From NCBI RefSeq assembly GCF_001194135.2, contig NC_068999.1, positions 24,166,982 through 24,230,981 of the forward strand: DNA of 64,000 nt. The letters run 5' to 3'. Source of the stretch: Octopus bimaculoides. Taxonomy: Eukaryota. Shown here in pieces: positions 25,251 to 38,657 of this stretch; the stretch's first letter is position 1; every line of letters begins with the position of its first letter. The notes beneath the pieces were generated by a model, which worked only from the letters and a program-made list of their open reading frames with translations, searched no databases and had not been told where the DNA came from. The position numbers were made by a program, and so were the translations under genes.

Positions 25251-27439
25251 TTTTGGTCTATGAATCAAATATATTGAGACACCTGGTGTTGATGAGGGTT
25301 TAAAGTAGACAATTTACTGGATATTAAGATCTTCCCACTTTAAGTTGAACAGTTTACAACTTACTTTTACTATTAACTACTGGCTGGTTAAGACAGCCAG
25401 TGTTTCTTAATCCAAATGTCTTTGTATCTTTATAAAGCTTTACTGTAATTAAGGCCTAGAATGAAGGAATAAATGGTGTAGGGAATATGACATTAAAAAA
25501 TTTTAAGGACAGGTTTTCTAGTGCACAATATGATATAAAGAAATTTAAATAAAATGTTACATCATTCTCTTTGTGACTAGATTTTCAAAAGTAAATAAAA
25601 ATAAAAGAATAAAAAATTTTAAAAAAAGCTTTTTTCCCAACAGAACCTTATTAGAATAGCAAAGATTATTATTGTCTCTTTGTTATCTTTCCTAATGTTA
25701 CTATTGATTTCTTATATTGGTGCATTAGAATAAATTTAATCTATAGTTTATATCTAATGTTCCAGCCCATGCAAAACTACAGTGCAAACTCTGTATATGG
25801 ACCAATTAGTGATTCACTGCAGTGAACCACTGATTGGTCTGTTGGATCACACTTCAAGTTCAAATGTCCTACAAAGTTCATGAGGTTACGTGATAAAAAT
25901 AAAGCTCTAATCCATAGTATGCATAATTATAGTTTATACTTTGAAATGTTTGGATATACATACATTCTTGCATATACTGGCCTCTTATATACTCTGTATG
26001 AACATATTCACACCATACTCTGTGCTTGTCTCTTAGAGATTTACTTCATACTCTAAATAAGTTCTACACATTTCCTACAGTTTCTCTCTGACCTCGTATT
26101 TTGTAATGCTATTCAGCTTAATAATTTTCAGTTATATGACTAACAAAACATTTAGCATTTGTCAGTGAATTGGAAAACTGACACAGAGTTTCCATTTTTA
26201 GATTTTCTATCGAAAGTTTCAAGCTTCTCAACAAATTTTAACTTAGCAAAGGAAATCTACTTGAAATAAGCAGTTTTTTGTTTTTCCTTGGCTGTGTCAG
26301 ATGATATCTTTCTCAAACCAATTTAACCTTACATCATCTAAAAACTAAATTTACTTTTGGCTAAGTGCTATTCATCAATAAATTACAAAGTATTAATGAG
26401 ATCATTTTTCTTAGTATACAATTATTGTATCTGAGTGTATAATCAATGATACTTGAAAAATCGTTTTGTTATTTTGGAATATTCCTGTTAGAGGTATATC
26501 TCCTTTAAGTAAGCAGAGAAAATAAATATATCTCTTGTTCAAAATGTTAAAAAAAAAAAAGGGAAAAAAAAGGCAAGTAGAAATTTAATTCAGAAAGACG
26601 GCAAAGTCCTGATCATTTCCTAATTAAGGCAACTAACTTATCATACATCATTCTTCTACCCAACTGCTACTCTGCAATTGCTCTAATACTTCGAATCAGT
26701 TAACAGTTGGAGCTCAGCCAATTTTATGCTGGCTACAATTGCTATCAAATGTTCTTCACCTTTTAACCATCTAAAATAGTTAGATAGGTGGATGATAGAA
26801 TCCTCCTTGGTATGACATCACTCACACAACCGAACCTCATAACCCTTAAATCCCCAAGTGGTTCACTCAAAGAATACCAGAAAAGAACACTGTCTACTAC
26901 AATATGAATTGGGGTTTAACAACAATATCACTTACAAAATATCAACCAGAAATGCAAATGTACACTTTTAACTAAACAAGAAAGAGAAAAACAACATCTT
27001 TATAATTAACAAAATTTTCAGTGATCCTTTAACTGTATTTGTTGCATCATTTCTAAACTAGACCTAACTTAGCAGCCTGGTAAAAACAGACTGATAAAAT
27101 AAGTATTAGGCTTTAGTAAAAAAGTACAGGGGTTGATTTGTTTGACTAAACCCTTCAAAGCACTGCCCCAGCACAGCCACAGTCCAATGCCTGAAACAAG
27201 TAAAATAAAAAAGATAAACACTAAAAGTAAGATAACATGACTCTAAAGTATTCTCCTAACTCCAGAATTAAGACTTCTTTAAATTATGGATTCTTAACTC
27301 AAAAATTAGGACTTCTATAAGTTTCCCTAAGGAGAGACTTTGATAATTTCCATCTCAAATCTGTTAAATCCTGGTTCAAGATTAATAAAGTTAACATTCA
27401 TTTTATGTAGATGAAAATCATTTGGTCTCATTAGATGTA

Positions 27440-27600
27440 AATGTGGCCTGTGTGGTAAAACGTTTGCTTCCCAACCACATTGTTCTGGGCTCCATCCCAG
27501 TGCATGGCACCTTGGGCAAATGTCTTCTACTATAGCCCTGGGCCAACCAAAGTCTTGTGACTGGCTTTAATTGATGGAAACTGAAACTGAAAGAAGCCTA

Positions 27601-27650
<50 letters not shown>

Positions 27651-27651
27651 G

Positions 27652-27685
<34 letters not shown>

Positions 27686-27890
27686 CTATGTGTGTATGCC
27701 TATTTGTGATATTACCCAACACCACTTGACAACCAGTGTTGGTTTGTTTATGCCCCCATAACATAGTGGTTTGACACAAAGAGATCAATAGAATAATTAC
27801 CAGACTTAAAAAAGAGAAAGTATTGCAATCAATTTGTTCAAGGCAGTGCCCTAGAATGGCATCAGTCCAATGATTGAATCAAATAAAAAA
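27440..27890 (+). mobile_element. SINE family A
   Basis: tggcctgtgtggtaaaacgtttgcttcccaaccac...gggcaaatgtcttctactatagcc...gaaactgaaagaagcc. Confidence 0.8.
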
Positions 27891-28168
27891 CAAAAGATGA
27901 ATTGGTCCTGTGGTTGAAATTTAGTTGAATGTAATAGAAAAACTTAAAATTTTGACAATAAAGACACTTGGCGTATTCACTGCCATACGAAGTCCCTTTT
28001 TCCGTTTTGCTTGCTTTATATATAAAGAAAAGTCCTAACCATGAAAACAACTTACAAACATTCCACAATCAGTCCATGAAATATAAGTTAAAATCTGTAA
28101 AAGAGAACCTCTTTGTTTATCTGAACAGTCTTTCTAATATTATATACTTCATTTTATACATACATGCG

Positions 28169-28199
<31 letters not shown>

Positions 28200-30293
28200 G
28201 TATTTGTGAAGGTGATGGCTTAGTGGTTAGGATATTTGGCTCACAGTTGTGAGTTTGGTTGCTGGTGATGTGCTGTATCCATGAGCAAGAGACTTTATTT
28301 CACAGTTGCTCTAATCCATTCAACTGGGGAAAAATGAGTAGTACCTGTAATTCAAAGGGCCAGCCTTGTCACACATTCTGTGCCATGCTGAGTCTCCTTG
28401 AGAACTACATTAAGTGCACACATGTCTGTGGAGTGCTCAGCCACTTGCACATTAATTTCACAAACAAGCTGTTCTGTTGTTCAGATCAACTGGAACCCTC
28501 ATCATGGAGCGCCAGTATATATGTGTTAATTTATTTATGTGTGTGTGTATGTGGGTGGTGTATAATTTCAATATGGAGGAAATAATTCACAGGAAAATAA
28601 TTTGCAAAAATATCATTGACTCTATTATTATAGTGTAACAATTTAAAAATGATAATGACAGAATCAATAATATAGGCGATTCCAGATCCCCCAAAAAGCA
28701 TTAAATAGCTGAAGGAGTAAAATTAATCAACGGATATACTAAGTACCCCTACAATACCTTCTTTTCTATTATAATTTCTTATTTACTTTCTGCTTGTCAT
28801 ATTAAGAACAACAGATTTCTGCCCCTCCCCCACAATTTCCATGATCATGACTTTCAGAATTATGGATATTTTTTAATAAAATTTTCAACGAATATGTGTT
28901 CTAGCATATCAATTTCAAATATATAACTATTTTGGTGATTTAAATAAGAGCTTTGACTGTTATTTCCAGTAGGTAGACATACATGATATGGCCTTTGATT
29001 AATTTTAATCTTTCAGCTATATATATATATATATATATTATATAAAATAGAGATGTGTGCATATTCACTTTTCATGTGAAAACGGCTTCACCAATTACTT
29101 CCATTCTTGTGATGCATGAATAATTTGACCTCGGACATATTATAGGGTCTTCATTTGATTTTTCTATTAAAAATTTTTTAAAATAAAAAAATATTGCTTT
29201 TTATATTACATTCACGTCTTTCTAAGATTTTAATATTTTTACTTCTGGCTTTCTAGCGTCAGTGACGTAACATATCTCTTTATGTATATCTCTCTGCCCA
29301 TCTCTCTATCTATCTCTATCTCTCTATCGATATCTTTTGTTTTCACTTTTATTTTACAGACCCTATTCTTTTCACTTTCAATTTTTATACACCATTGTTT
29401 AACTTCCATGTCATTGCTTTCACTGTAAGTCTAAGTTTTGAATCACTATTTACAAACAAACAACGACAAATTACTGACAGAAACAAGTTCACAATTACTG
29501 GTGTGTCTTCCTAAATTTCACTTCAATCCGTACGGTCTTGTGTTTTCCTGTTGTTGACGGTTTCTTTCCGGTTCCTTTGATACTGGCTCTTTGGTTCACT
29601 GACAAATTTCCCTTCAACCCCTACAATACTCTCTTGTCTGTTAAAATTTCTTGTTTACTTTCTGCCTGTTATATTAAGAACTACAGATTTCTACCCTCTC
29701 CCACCACAGTTTCCATAATCATAACTATCAGAATTATCGATATTTTTTAATAAAATTTTCAACGAATATGTGTTCTATCATGTCAATTTTGAATATATAA
29801 AATTTTAGGAGGGGCTGGGGATTTTCTGAAAATTCACCTGAGTCGACTTCAATTCATCTTAACTTTCAAGAAAATGGATATTTTTTAATGAAATTCTCTA
29901 CATTAGATTCACTTCTTTAAAAAGGTTTCTCAATGTCAACTTCCGGTGTTGACATAAAAACGGCAAAGTCTGTCCCTGTCTAAATTTTAATGTTTTCATT
30001 TCAAGTTTTAATTCGCTATTTGTAAACAACTATGATAAATTACTGAAAGAAATATTTACTAAGTTCACAAATTTAAATATTCGATACTAGACGCTTTTCA
30101 ACATACTTTTATTTGAATGGCATAAGCTTTTATTTGAATGGCATAATCTTTAAGCTCATATAAAAATACCATTATTATTCTTTACTGGATTATAAAATAC
30201 GGCACCATATAATAAAGCCATTCACACCGAAAGCATATATATATCATCATCATCATCATCGTTGTTTAACATCCGCTTTCCATGCTAGCATGG

Positions 30294-30334
<41 letters not shown>

Positions 30335-30341
<7 letters not shown>

Positions 30342-30478
30342 TTAAAATAGGATAAAATCTTTATAAGAATTTATCAAGTAGTCAGTGTGAAAAACCTCAT
30401 AAGGAAAAATTATAATTATTCCCTTTAAATATATTTATTTATATTAAGGGCATTAATACACATAAATGCCTCACGTTA
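30335..30478 (-). mobile_element. Truncated copy of the 4923-5280 element family
   Basis: The reverse complement matches 5175-5275, and 30440-30478 (tatttatattaagggcattaa...) matches the arm start at 4928. Confidence 0.6.
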
Positions 30479-30484
30479 TGAGAG

Positions 30485-30790
30485 ACTCTTATTATAGCCC
30501 AGGCCAACCAAAACCTTGTGAGTGGATTTCGTACTTGGAAACTGAAAGAAGACTGTCGTATATATGTGTATATTTGTGTATGTGTGTTCCTGTGTCTTGT
30601 GTTTGTACCCCCACCATTGCTTGATAACAAATGTTGCTGTGTTTACATTCTTGTAACTTAGTGGTTTGGTAAAAGACGCTGACAGAATGAGTACTAGGCT
30701 TACAAAGAATAAATCCTTTGGTTGATTTCTTCAACCAACGGCAGTGCTCCAGCATGGTGGCAGTCACATGACTGAAACAAGTAAAGCAAT
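30485..30790 (+). mobile_element. SINE family A (5'-truncated)
   Basis: tatagcccaggccaaccaaaaccttgtgagtggatt...gactgaaacaagtaaag. Confidence 0.8.
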
Positions 30791-30858
30791 AAAAAATCTA
30801 TGCCATTTTAATCCCGAGCAAGGCCAGGTATCGCTGCTAGTGATTATAATTCACATAA

Positions 30859-31597
30859 ATGGTTGTGTGAAGGAGCAATTCTTAATCCCAAAAATGAGAC
30901 AGTAGCAAGAATTAACCATGAATTAAGGAATAAGATTCCAACAGTCATTAAGAAGTACAAATCAGTTGATTCAGTCTTTGATGAAAATCAAGCTGTCCAT
31001 TAACCAACAGAGTTCTTTAATTCTCTTGAGCCACCTGGAATTCCTCCACATAAACTTTGTTTGAAGGTAGGTGTCCTAATAATGCTTCTAAGAAATTAGG
31101 ATTCTCCTAAATTATGCAATGGGACAAGGTTGATTGTGAAAACATTATCACCTAATGTGATAGGAGCTACCATCATCACTGGATGTGCCTCTGGGGAAGA
31201 GGTTTTCATTCCAAGAATTCCAATCAATCCAACAAACATGCCTTTTGAGTTCAAATGAAGACAATTCCCAGTGCGACTTTCCTTTGCAATGTCTATTAAT
31301 ACAGCTCGAGGTCAGTCTTTGAAATCTACTGGCTTCATTTTCTTATGGTCAACTTTGTTGGTTGCTCCCGGGTAGGTAGTTTGCAAGACTTGTTTGTCTA
31401 TGCACCAAACCAGAAAACAAAGAATCTTGTTTATCTAGATTACTCTTACATAATTCCCTTCAACATATGTGGTAGAATTTATCTCCTTTCATAAAAGTGG
31501 TAAATTTTGTATTTTCATTTATTAATTATTTTTATTGTTTTTCTTCCAATATGTAAGGAAAAATTTAATTCCCAAGCAATGCTGGGTGCCTCTGCTA

Positions 31598-31598
<1 letters not shown>
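30859..31598 (+). mobile_element. Helitron 3' fragment: PIF1-like helicase C-terminus plus terminal CTAG
   Basis: Translates WLCEGAILNPKN...[21 protein letters not shown]...LCNGTRL...FIPRIP...RQFPVRLSFAMSIN..RGQSLK with stops. Ends gcaatgctgggtgcctctgCTAG|t. Confidence 0.88.
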
Positions 31599-31631
<33 letters not shown>

Positions 31632-32040
31632 NNNNNNNNNNNNNNNNNNNNNNNNNNNNNNNNNNNNNNNNNNNNNNNNNNNNNNNNNNNNNNNNNNNNN
31701 NNNNNNNNNNNNNNNNNNNNNNNNNNNNNNNNNNNNNNNNNNNNNNNNNNNNNNNNNNNNNNNNNNNNNNNNNNNNNNNNNNNNNNNNNNNNNNNNNNNN
31801 NNNNNNNNNNNNNNNNNNNNNNNNNNNNNNNNNNNNNNNNNNNNNNNNNNNNNNNNNNNNNNNNNNNNNNNNNNNNNNNNNNNNNNNNNNNNNNNNNNNN
31901 NNNNNNNNNNNNNNNNNNNNNNNNNNNNNNNNNNNNNNNNNNNNNNNNNNNNNNNNNNNNNNNNNNNNNNNNNGAAAACGCATGTTATAATTGCAATTAT
32001 AACATGCGTTTTCTCCATTCCTTAAATTCTTAAATATATA

Positions 32041-32073
<33 letters not shown>

Positions 32074-32447
32074 ACACACATACACACACACACACCATTC
32101 TCACATACATGTACTTGCGCACCCTACTTTGGCCGGATCAGCGTTATTATCTCCCTTTCACTCAGCCTCTTTCTTCTGGCCTTTTCATCATATCGAGCCA
32201 TTAATCCCTACTCATCTTTTTCACTCTCCATTTTTCATTCTCTCTCCATTTTTTTCTCAATCCTTTCTGTCAAAAGGCATAGGCTCGAAACATGAAAGAC
32301 TTTTCCATTCTTTCCAAGCATTAAACTAATACACCTACTTGTTGTTCCTTCACCTGTCTTTGCCTTTTGTTTTTTGTAAATTTGAAATTTGAACTATATA
32401 TATCGTCATCATCTTTTAATGTCCACCTTCCATGCTGGCATTGATGG

Positions 32448-32488
<41 letters not shown>

Positions 32489-33302
32489 NNNNNNNNNNNN
32501 NNNNNNNNNNNNNNNNNNNNNNNNNNNNNNNNNNNNNNNNNNNNNNNNNNNNNNNNNNNNNNNNNNNNNNNNNNNNNNNNNNNNNNNNNNNNNNNNNNNN
32601 NNNNNNNNNNNNNNNNNNNNNNNNNNNNNNNNNNNNNNNNNNNNNNNNNNNNNNNNNNNNNNNNNNNNNNNNNNNNNNNNNNNNNNNNNNNNNNNNNNNN
32701 NNNNNNNNNNNNNNNNNNNNNNNNNNNNNNNNNNNNNNNNNNNNNNNNNNNNNNNNNNNNNNNNNNNNNNNNNNNNNNNNNNNNNNNNNNNNNNNNNNNN
32801 NNNNNNNNNNNNNNNNNNNNNNNNNNNNNNNNNNNNNNNNNNNNNNNNNNNNNNNNNNNNNNNNNNNNNNNNNNNNNNNNNNNNNNNNNNNNNNNNNNNN
32901 NNNNNNNNNNNNNNNNNNNNNNNNNNNNNNNNNNNNNNNNNNNNNNNNNNNNNNNNNNNNNNNNNNNNNNNNNNNNNNNNNNNNNNNNNNNNNNNNNNNN
33001 NNNNNNNNNNNNNNNNNNNNNNNNNNNNNNNNNNNNNNNNNNNNNNNNNNNNNNNNNNNNNNNNNNNNNNNNNNNNNNNNNNNNNNNNNNNNNNNNNNNN
33101 NNNNNNNNNNNNNNNNNNNNNNNNNNNNNNNNNNNNNNNNNNNNNNNNNNNNNNNNNNNNNNNNNNNNNNNNNNNNNNNNNNNNNNNNNNNNNNNNNNNN
33201 NNNNNNNNNNNNNNNNNNNNNNNNNNNNNNNNNNNNNNNNNNNNNNNNNNNNNNNNNNNTCCACCCCTAGGGGTCAGCCACACTTAAGTGGCAATATACT
33301 AC

Positions 33303-33342
<40 letters not shown>

Positions 33343-34559
33343 ATCATATGTGTGTGTGTGTGTTTATATTTTCAATAAAGTGAATGCAAATTCAAAGTGT
33401 GCAGCTGGTGGGATTGGAACATAGATCTCTTAATTGGCAATTTGGTGTGACAACCACTGTGCTACAAACACTTACAAGACTTTGTTGTTGGATAAAACCA
33501 CCAAGATGTCTTTTTTTTTTTTAATTCTCACTGTATATGCATCAGCCTCTCAAAGTGTTTGATTAGTTTCATCAATCCCAACATTTCAATCAATTCAATG
33601 TTCTTTTCTATACTTCATTCATAGATTAGTCCTCAACAAATGCAAATTTAATTTGAATTTGTAATTTACTGATTGGAAAGGAATCCTAATTATCTGGTAT
33701 AGATCTTATAAAGATGTTTTTGTTCATCCCAGCTGCTGTAGTCAGGTTTAGCTTCAACTCAAGGTTTGTCATGTAGAATTAAGTATTAATTAGTTATCAG
33801 AGCAGCTTTGTCATTCACTACTTCAATTGCTATATATTTCAAAATATCTACAAGCTTTTTGTTTTAAAGACTGAGTATGAACAACTGGATATACATATTC
33901 ATTGTATATAGACCATTCAATGACTGATGCAATTAAAAGATAAGTTATTTCAAATATTTATCTTCGTTATTGATTCTTTTTTTACTGCATTCTGTAACAT
34001 TATACTATCAATGTGCTCCATCATTTATATAAGTTGTATTTTCTCTGATGACTTTAAATGAACAGAGAAAAGGGAGCAGTTTAGGAAATATACCAATAGG
34101 ATTAAAATGATAGTGTTTGCCTTAAGTTTTTTTTATCAAATCAACTAAAGTAAACTTTGAAATCCTCCAGCAGGGAAGAAGAATAAATGACAAACATGAA
34201 ACTTATATACCTTTCATGAAAATTTTTGAAATCTGATTTTAGAATGCATTTTCAGATCATTTGCAATATATATTTACCCCTTACTATTTAAACTAGTTAT
34301 ATCCAGCCCAAATATTCTACCTACTTTATGTTGAAACTGGCCAGATTTTGTCTCTTATACCAACCTTATACTGTTATTCTAAAAATAAGCAATTTCAAAG
34401 CTATGAAATAATGCATGATTAATTTAAAACAATGTGAATAAATAAGTATTACATTTGACAAAGTAATCTGAATGTTAAAGGGTTAACATATATTACAGTC
34501 CTAGTATTTTTTCTATATATAGTACTATACATCTAAAAATACATCTAAAATGCATTTCA

Positions 34560-34766
34560 AACTAGAATCGTTAAAGTATTGGGAAAAATGCCTTGAAGTA
34601 TTTCTTCCAGCTCTTTACATTGAATTGAATTCCTGGTTAGGTTAACGTAACCTTTCATCTTTATAGGGCCAACAGAACAAAGTACCAATCAAATACTGGG
34701 GTTGATGGCATTGACTAAGTCCCTCCTTTCAAAACTACTGACCTTGTGCCAAAATTTGAAACTATC

Positions 34767-34834
<68 letters not shown>

Positions 34835-35032
34835 AAGGCAGTGAACTGGCAGAGTTGCTAGCATGCTGGGTAAAATGCTTAACAGTATTTTGTCCGTCTT
34901 TATGTTCTGAGTTCAAATTCTGCCAAAGTCAATTTTGCCTTTCATCTTTAGTACCCATTGAGCACTGGGAGTTGATATAATTGACTTACCCAACTTCCCG
35001 GAAATTGCTGGCCTTGTGCTAAAATTTAAAAC

Positions 35033-35070
<38 letters not shown>
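34560..35070 (+). mobile_element. Tandem pair of tRNA-derived SINE family B with (ATT)n tails
   Basis: aggcagtgaactggcagag...gagttcaaattctgcc...ggccttgtgctaaaatttaaaacc(att)n, present twice. Confidence 0.8.
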
Positions 35071-35071
<1 letters not shown>

Positions 35072-35289
35072 GTNNNNNNNNNNNNNNNNNNNNNNNNNNN
35101 NNNNNNNNNNNNNNNNNNNNNNNNNNNNNNNNNNNNNNNNNNNNNNNNNNNNNNNNNNNNNNNNNNNNNNNNNNNNNNNNNNNNNNNNNNNNNNNNNNNN
35201 NNNNNNNNNNNNNNNNNNNNNNNNNNNNNNNNNNNNNNNNNNNNNNNNNNNNNNNNNNNNNNNNNNNNNNNNNNNNNNNNNNNNNATTA

Positions 35290-35320
<31 letters not shown>

Positions 35321-35482
35321 CTTTCTTCAAATTTTCCTCCATTTCTCGCCAAGTGTTTTCTGCACACTTAGGGCAGAGAAACTCGTTGTATGCATTCCCA
35401 GTTTACACGCGCAAATTCACAGGTAAAATATATATTTAAAAAAAAAATAAATAAATAAAAATCATGAATGGATATATATATA

Positions 35483-36942
35483 TACTGAACTAGAAAAGAA
35501 ATGCCGCACCCATACTAAATAGAAACTGGTTTACTAACAGTCTGCCATAGAATTGATTGATGAGTGCTAATTAAGAAACTGTTCTTTCCTAATGATAAAA
35601 CGTCATTTCCTGAAACATGTTCGACATCACATGATGTCACATGATGACGGAGTGTCCTGGATCCAAAGAGATGAACTCAATATCTCGTGTGGCCACCATT
35701 AGCATTGATTACCACCAGGCATCTTCTGTACATTGAATGCACCAAATGATTGATGAAGGCCATGGGGATAGCAGTGTTAAAACTTGCAATGAGTTGTGCT
35801 GCAGTTGTTGGCCTTGGACATGGCAGTGTCTGGATGTTGTGCTGTTGGAGGAAGTCTGTTGTCAACCTAGCAGTATGGGCACGGGGATTGTCATGTTGGA
35901 ACACATAATTCCAATGACAGGCAAAGTATGGCACAATGTCAGACCTCAACACTTGGTTCATGTAGTTAGCAGCAGTCACTCCATTTCCCCGGCCTTGACT
36001 GATGTTTTGGAAGACCACTGGTCCAAGTTTCTGGTTGAGTGCAATTCCACCCCATACCATGATGCTCTGTTCTCCCCATGAGTCTCTCTCCACCACACAG
36101 CCATTGGCATGATGTTCACCCCTTCTTCTCCAAATCCTAGCTCTGCTATCTGCCACAGAAATACATTACCGATTTCTGTCAGAGAAGACTACAGTCCTCC
36201 ACTGCTGGTATTGCCAGTTCTGACGTTTTCGAGCCCACTGCAGATGTGCCCATCAACGATGATCTGTGAGGATGGGGCCCCAAGTTGGACATCAACAAGA
36301 CAGATTGAAAGATATCAGCTGGTGGTGAACTACCTCTACACAAATGGGTCTGTGGTGAGTCCCTATGGTCTGCCTAGCTGATTCTGTTGCCCTCTGGAAT
36401 CGGTCCTGCAAGTGCTACCGGTGCAGGTGGCGATCTTGGTGTGCTGTTGTAACCCTTGGTCAGCCACTGCATGGACAATTATCTATGCTGTTTGTAACAT
36501 TGTATCATTCTCTAGGCCACTCAAATGTCTGCATATTGCTATTCAAGTCATTGGCAATGACCCATGGACATTGACCAGCATGGAGACGTCCGATGGCTTG
36601 CTCCCTCTGATTTTGTGTAAGTCTTTGCATGCTTGCTGCATTTGGCAAACAAATGAGTAGCTGGTAAATTTGGGTGCCTTTTATATCTAACGAGTCATTG
36701 TTTTGCGTGTACATCATGCTTTTCATAAAGATTCATTCACAAGCATTACCATGTTCACGAAAAGTGAGAGGGTTCGAATCCTACATGCAATCCTTGTGTT
36801 TCCAAAAGAGAGTGGTGTTGCTGGTCAGTGACATCTTCCTGATGTCAAATTACCTAGAAATATGATAAAATCCATATAATCTTAATATCGTGTGCGAAAC
36901 AAATAATGTTTTACAGTGTGACGTTTCTTTTGTAGTTTAGTG
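35483..36942 (-). mobile_element. Tc1-like element with TIRs; transposase pseudogene 35677-36630
   Basis: TIRs tactgaactagaaaagaaatgccgcac / gtgtgacgtttcttttgtagtttagtg flanked by TA. Translation MQRLTQNQREQAIGRL...SIMVWGGI...FQHDNPRAHTAR...NANGGHTRY. The SPDLNPIE motif is deleted. Confidence 0.9.
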
Positions 36943-36957
36943 TATATATTTTATATA

Positions 36958-37412
36958 TACTCTTTACTCTTTTACTTGTTTCAGTCATTTGACTGTGGCC
37001 ATGCTGGAGCACTGCCTTTTAGTTGAGCAAATCGACCCTAGGACCTATTCTTTGGAAGCCTAATACTTTTTCTATCAGTCTCTTTTTGTCGAACCACTAA
37101 GTTACGGGACGTAAACACACCAGCATCGGTTGTCAAGCGATGTTGGGGGGGACAAACACACAAACATATACACACACATACATATATATANNNNNNNNNN
37201 NNNNNNNNNNNNNNNNNTATATATATATATATATATATATATGCACATATATACAATGGGCTTCTTTCAGTTTCTGTCTACCAAATCCACTCACATGGCT
37301 TCGGTCGGCCTGAGGCTATAGTAGAAGACACTTACCCAAGGTGCCATGCAGTGGGACTGAACCCGGAACCATGTGGTTCGTAAGCAAACTACTTACCACA
37401 CAGCCACTCCTA
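36958..37412 (-). mobile_element. tRNA-derived SINE family A, full-length young copy
   Basis: Minus-strand head gtggctgtgtggtaag...ggttccgggttcagtccc, central microsatellite and (aaagagt)n tail. Closely similar to the copy at 40530-40962. Confidence 0.9.
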
Positions 37413-37943
37413 TATTTTATATATATATATATATATACATATAAATTTGTAATAATTTGTATTTATCTATCTAGCTTTATTCCTCGTTCTTATAATCAAA
37501 TTGTTACTTAACCCCTCTCCTTTATATTCAGTGTTTAGTTTTATATTCAATTTATTTCTGCTGGCTGCAATTACGAGTGTTAAGTATATGCTTATGGCTG
37601 TTAATTAAATAACTGCATTTCCCAAATTAAAATCTCAAACCGATTTTGTAACTAATCAAGTGTAAATCCACCTACTTATTAATCTTGTAGAAATAATCTT
37701 TTTACTTTTCATTTATCTATAAATTCATTCATTTCAAATACTTCCACAATAATATGTGCAATTTAAATTTTCTAACATCAGTGATTATGCATTAACCCTG
37801 CTCATGTGTGTGTGTGTGTGTGTGTGTGTGTATACATATATGTATGTATATATGTATGTATATGTATGTATATATATATATGTATATAATATATATGTAT
37901 ATATGTATATGCATATACATTTATGTATGTATGTATGATTGTA

Positions 37944-38002
<59 letters not shown>

Positions 38003-38657
38003 ACATGTACGTGTGTGTGTATATATATATTATATTCATGATATACATATATGAATGATATTCCCTAAATACTTCTAACTGCATTATTTATTGAATTTAT
38101 AACTGAACATTTTACCAATGCTCAAATGAATTAGTTGATTCAAATTACAACCCTTTTGTGTAGTTTATCAGCTCAATCTTCATCCAATCTCTGTTCCCCC
38201 ATATTATGTTGAATAATGACTTTTTTTCTAATTCTGCCTACTTTTCACACATTCACAGCTCTTTTGAAGGCTTTTTCTTTTTTATTTGCCTTAATTTTTC
38301 AAATCTGTTTTTCTACATACATGCACACTTACACACAAATTTGCAAACATGCATTATTTTCTGGAAAAGATACATATACATACCTACACATATAAGGAAG
38401 TATGTGTGTGTGTATGTAAAACCCATGCCATAACAGACAGTAATGCCTGGTGCAGTCCTCTGGCTTGCAAGCTCTTGTCAGACCATCCATTTCATGGAAA
38501 ACAGAAGCTAAATAATGATGATGATGATGATGATGATATATATGTATATATATATATATATATAAATAAACACGTACATATACGCAAATAAATACTAATT
38601 AATATAGATATACATGCACATTAAGAATACTTATACCAGCAAGTGTTTAGAATGATA

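Larger units (their letters stand above)
28760..30840 (+). mobile_element. Probable non-autonomous Helitron-like remnant with nested insertions, ending at CTAG 30837-30840
   Basis: 3' end cccgagcaaggccaggtatcgctgCTAG|t resembles the 31598 end. An internal ~150-bp direct repeat lies at ~28775-28928 and ~29645-29800. The 5' boundary is uncertain. Confidence 0.45.

Noticed and set aside
25798-25838. Small hairpin gaccaattagtg...cactgattggtc
   Set aside because: It lies next to tacagtgcaaactc, a Tigger/pogo-like end, so it is probably an old MITE interior.
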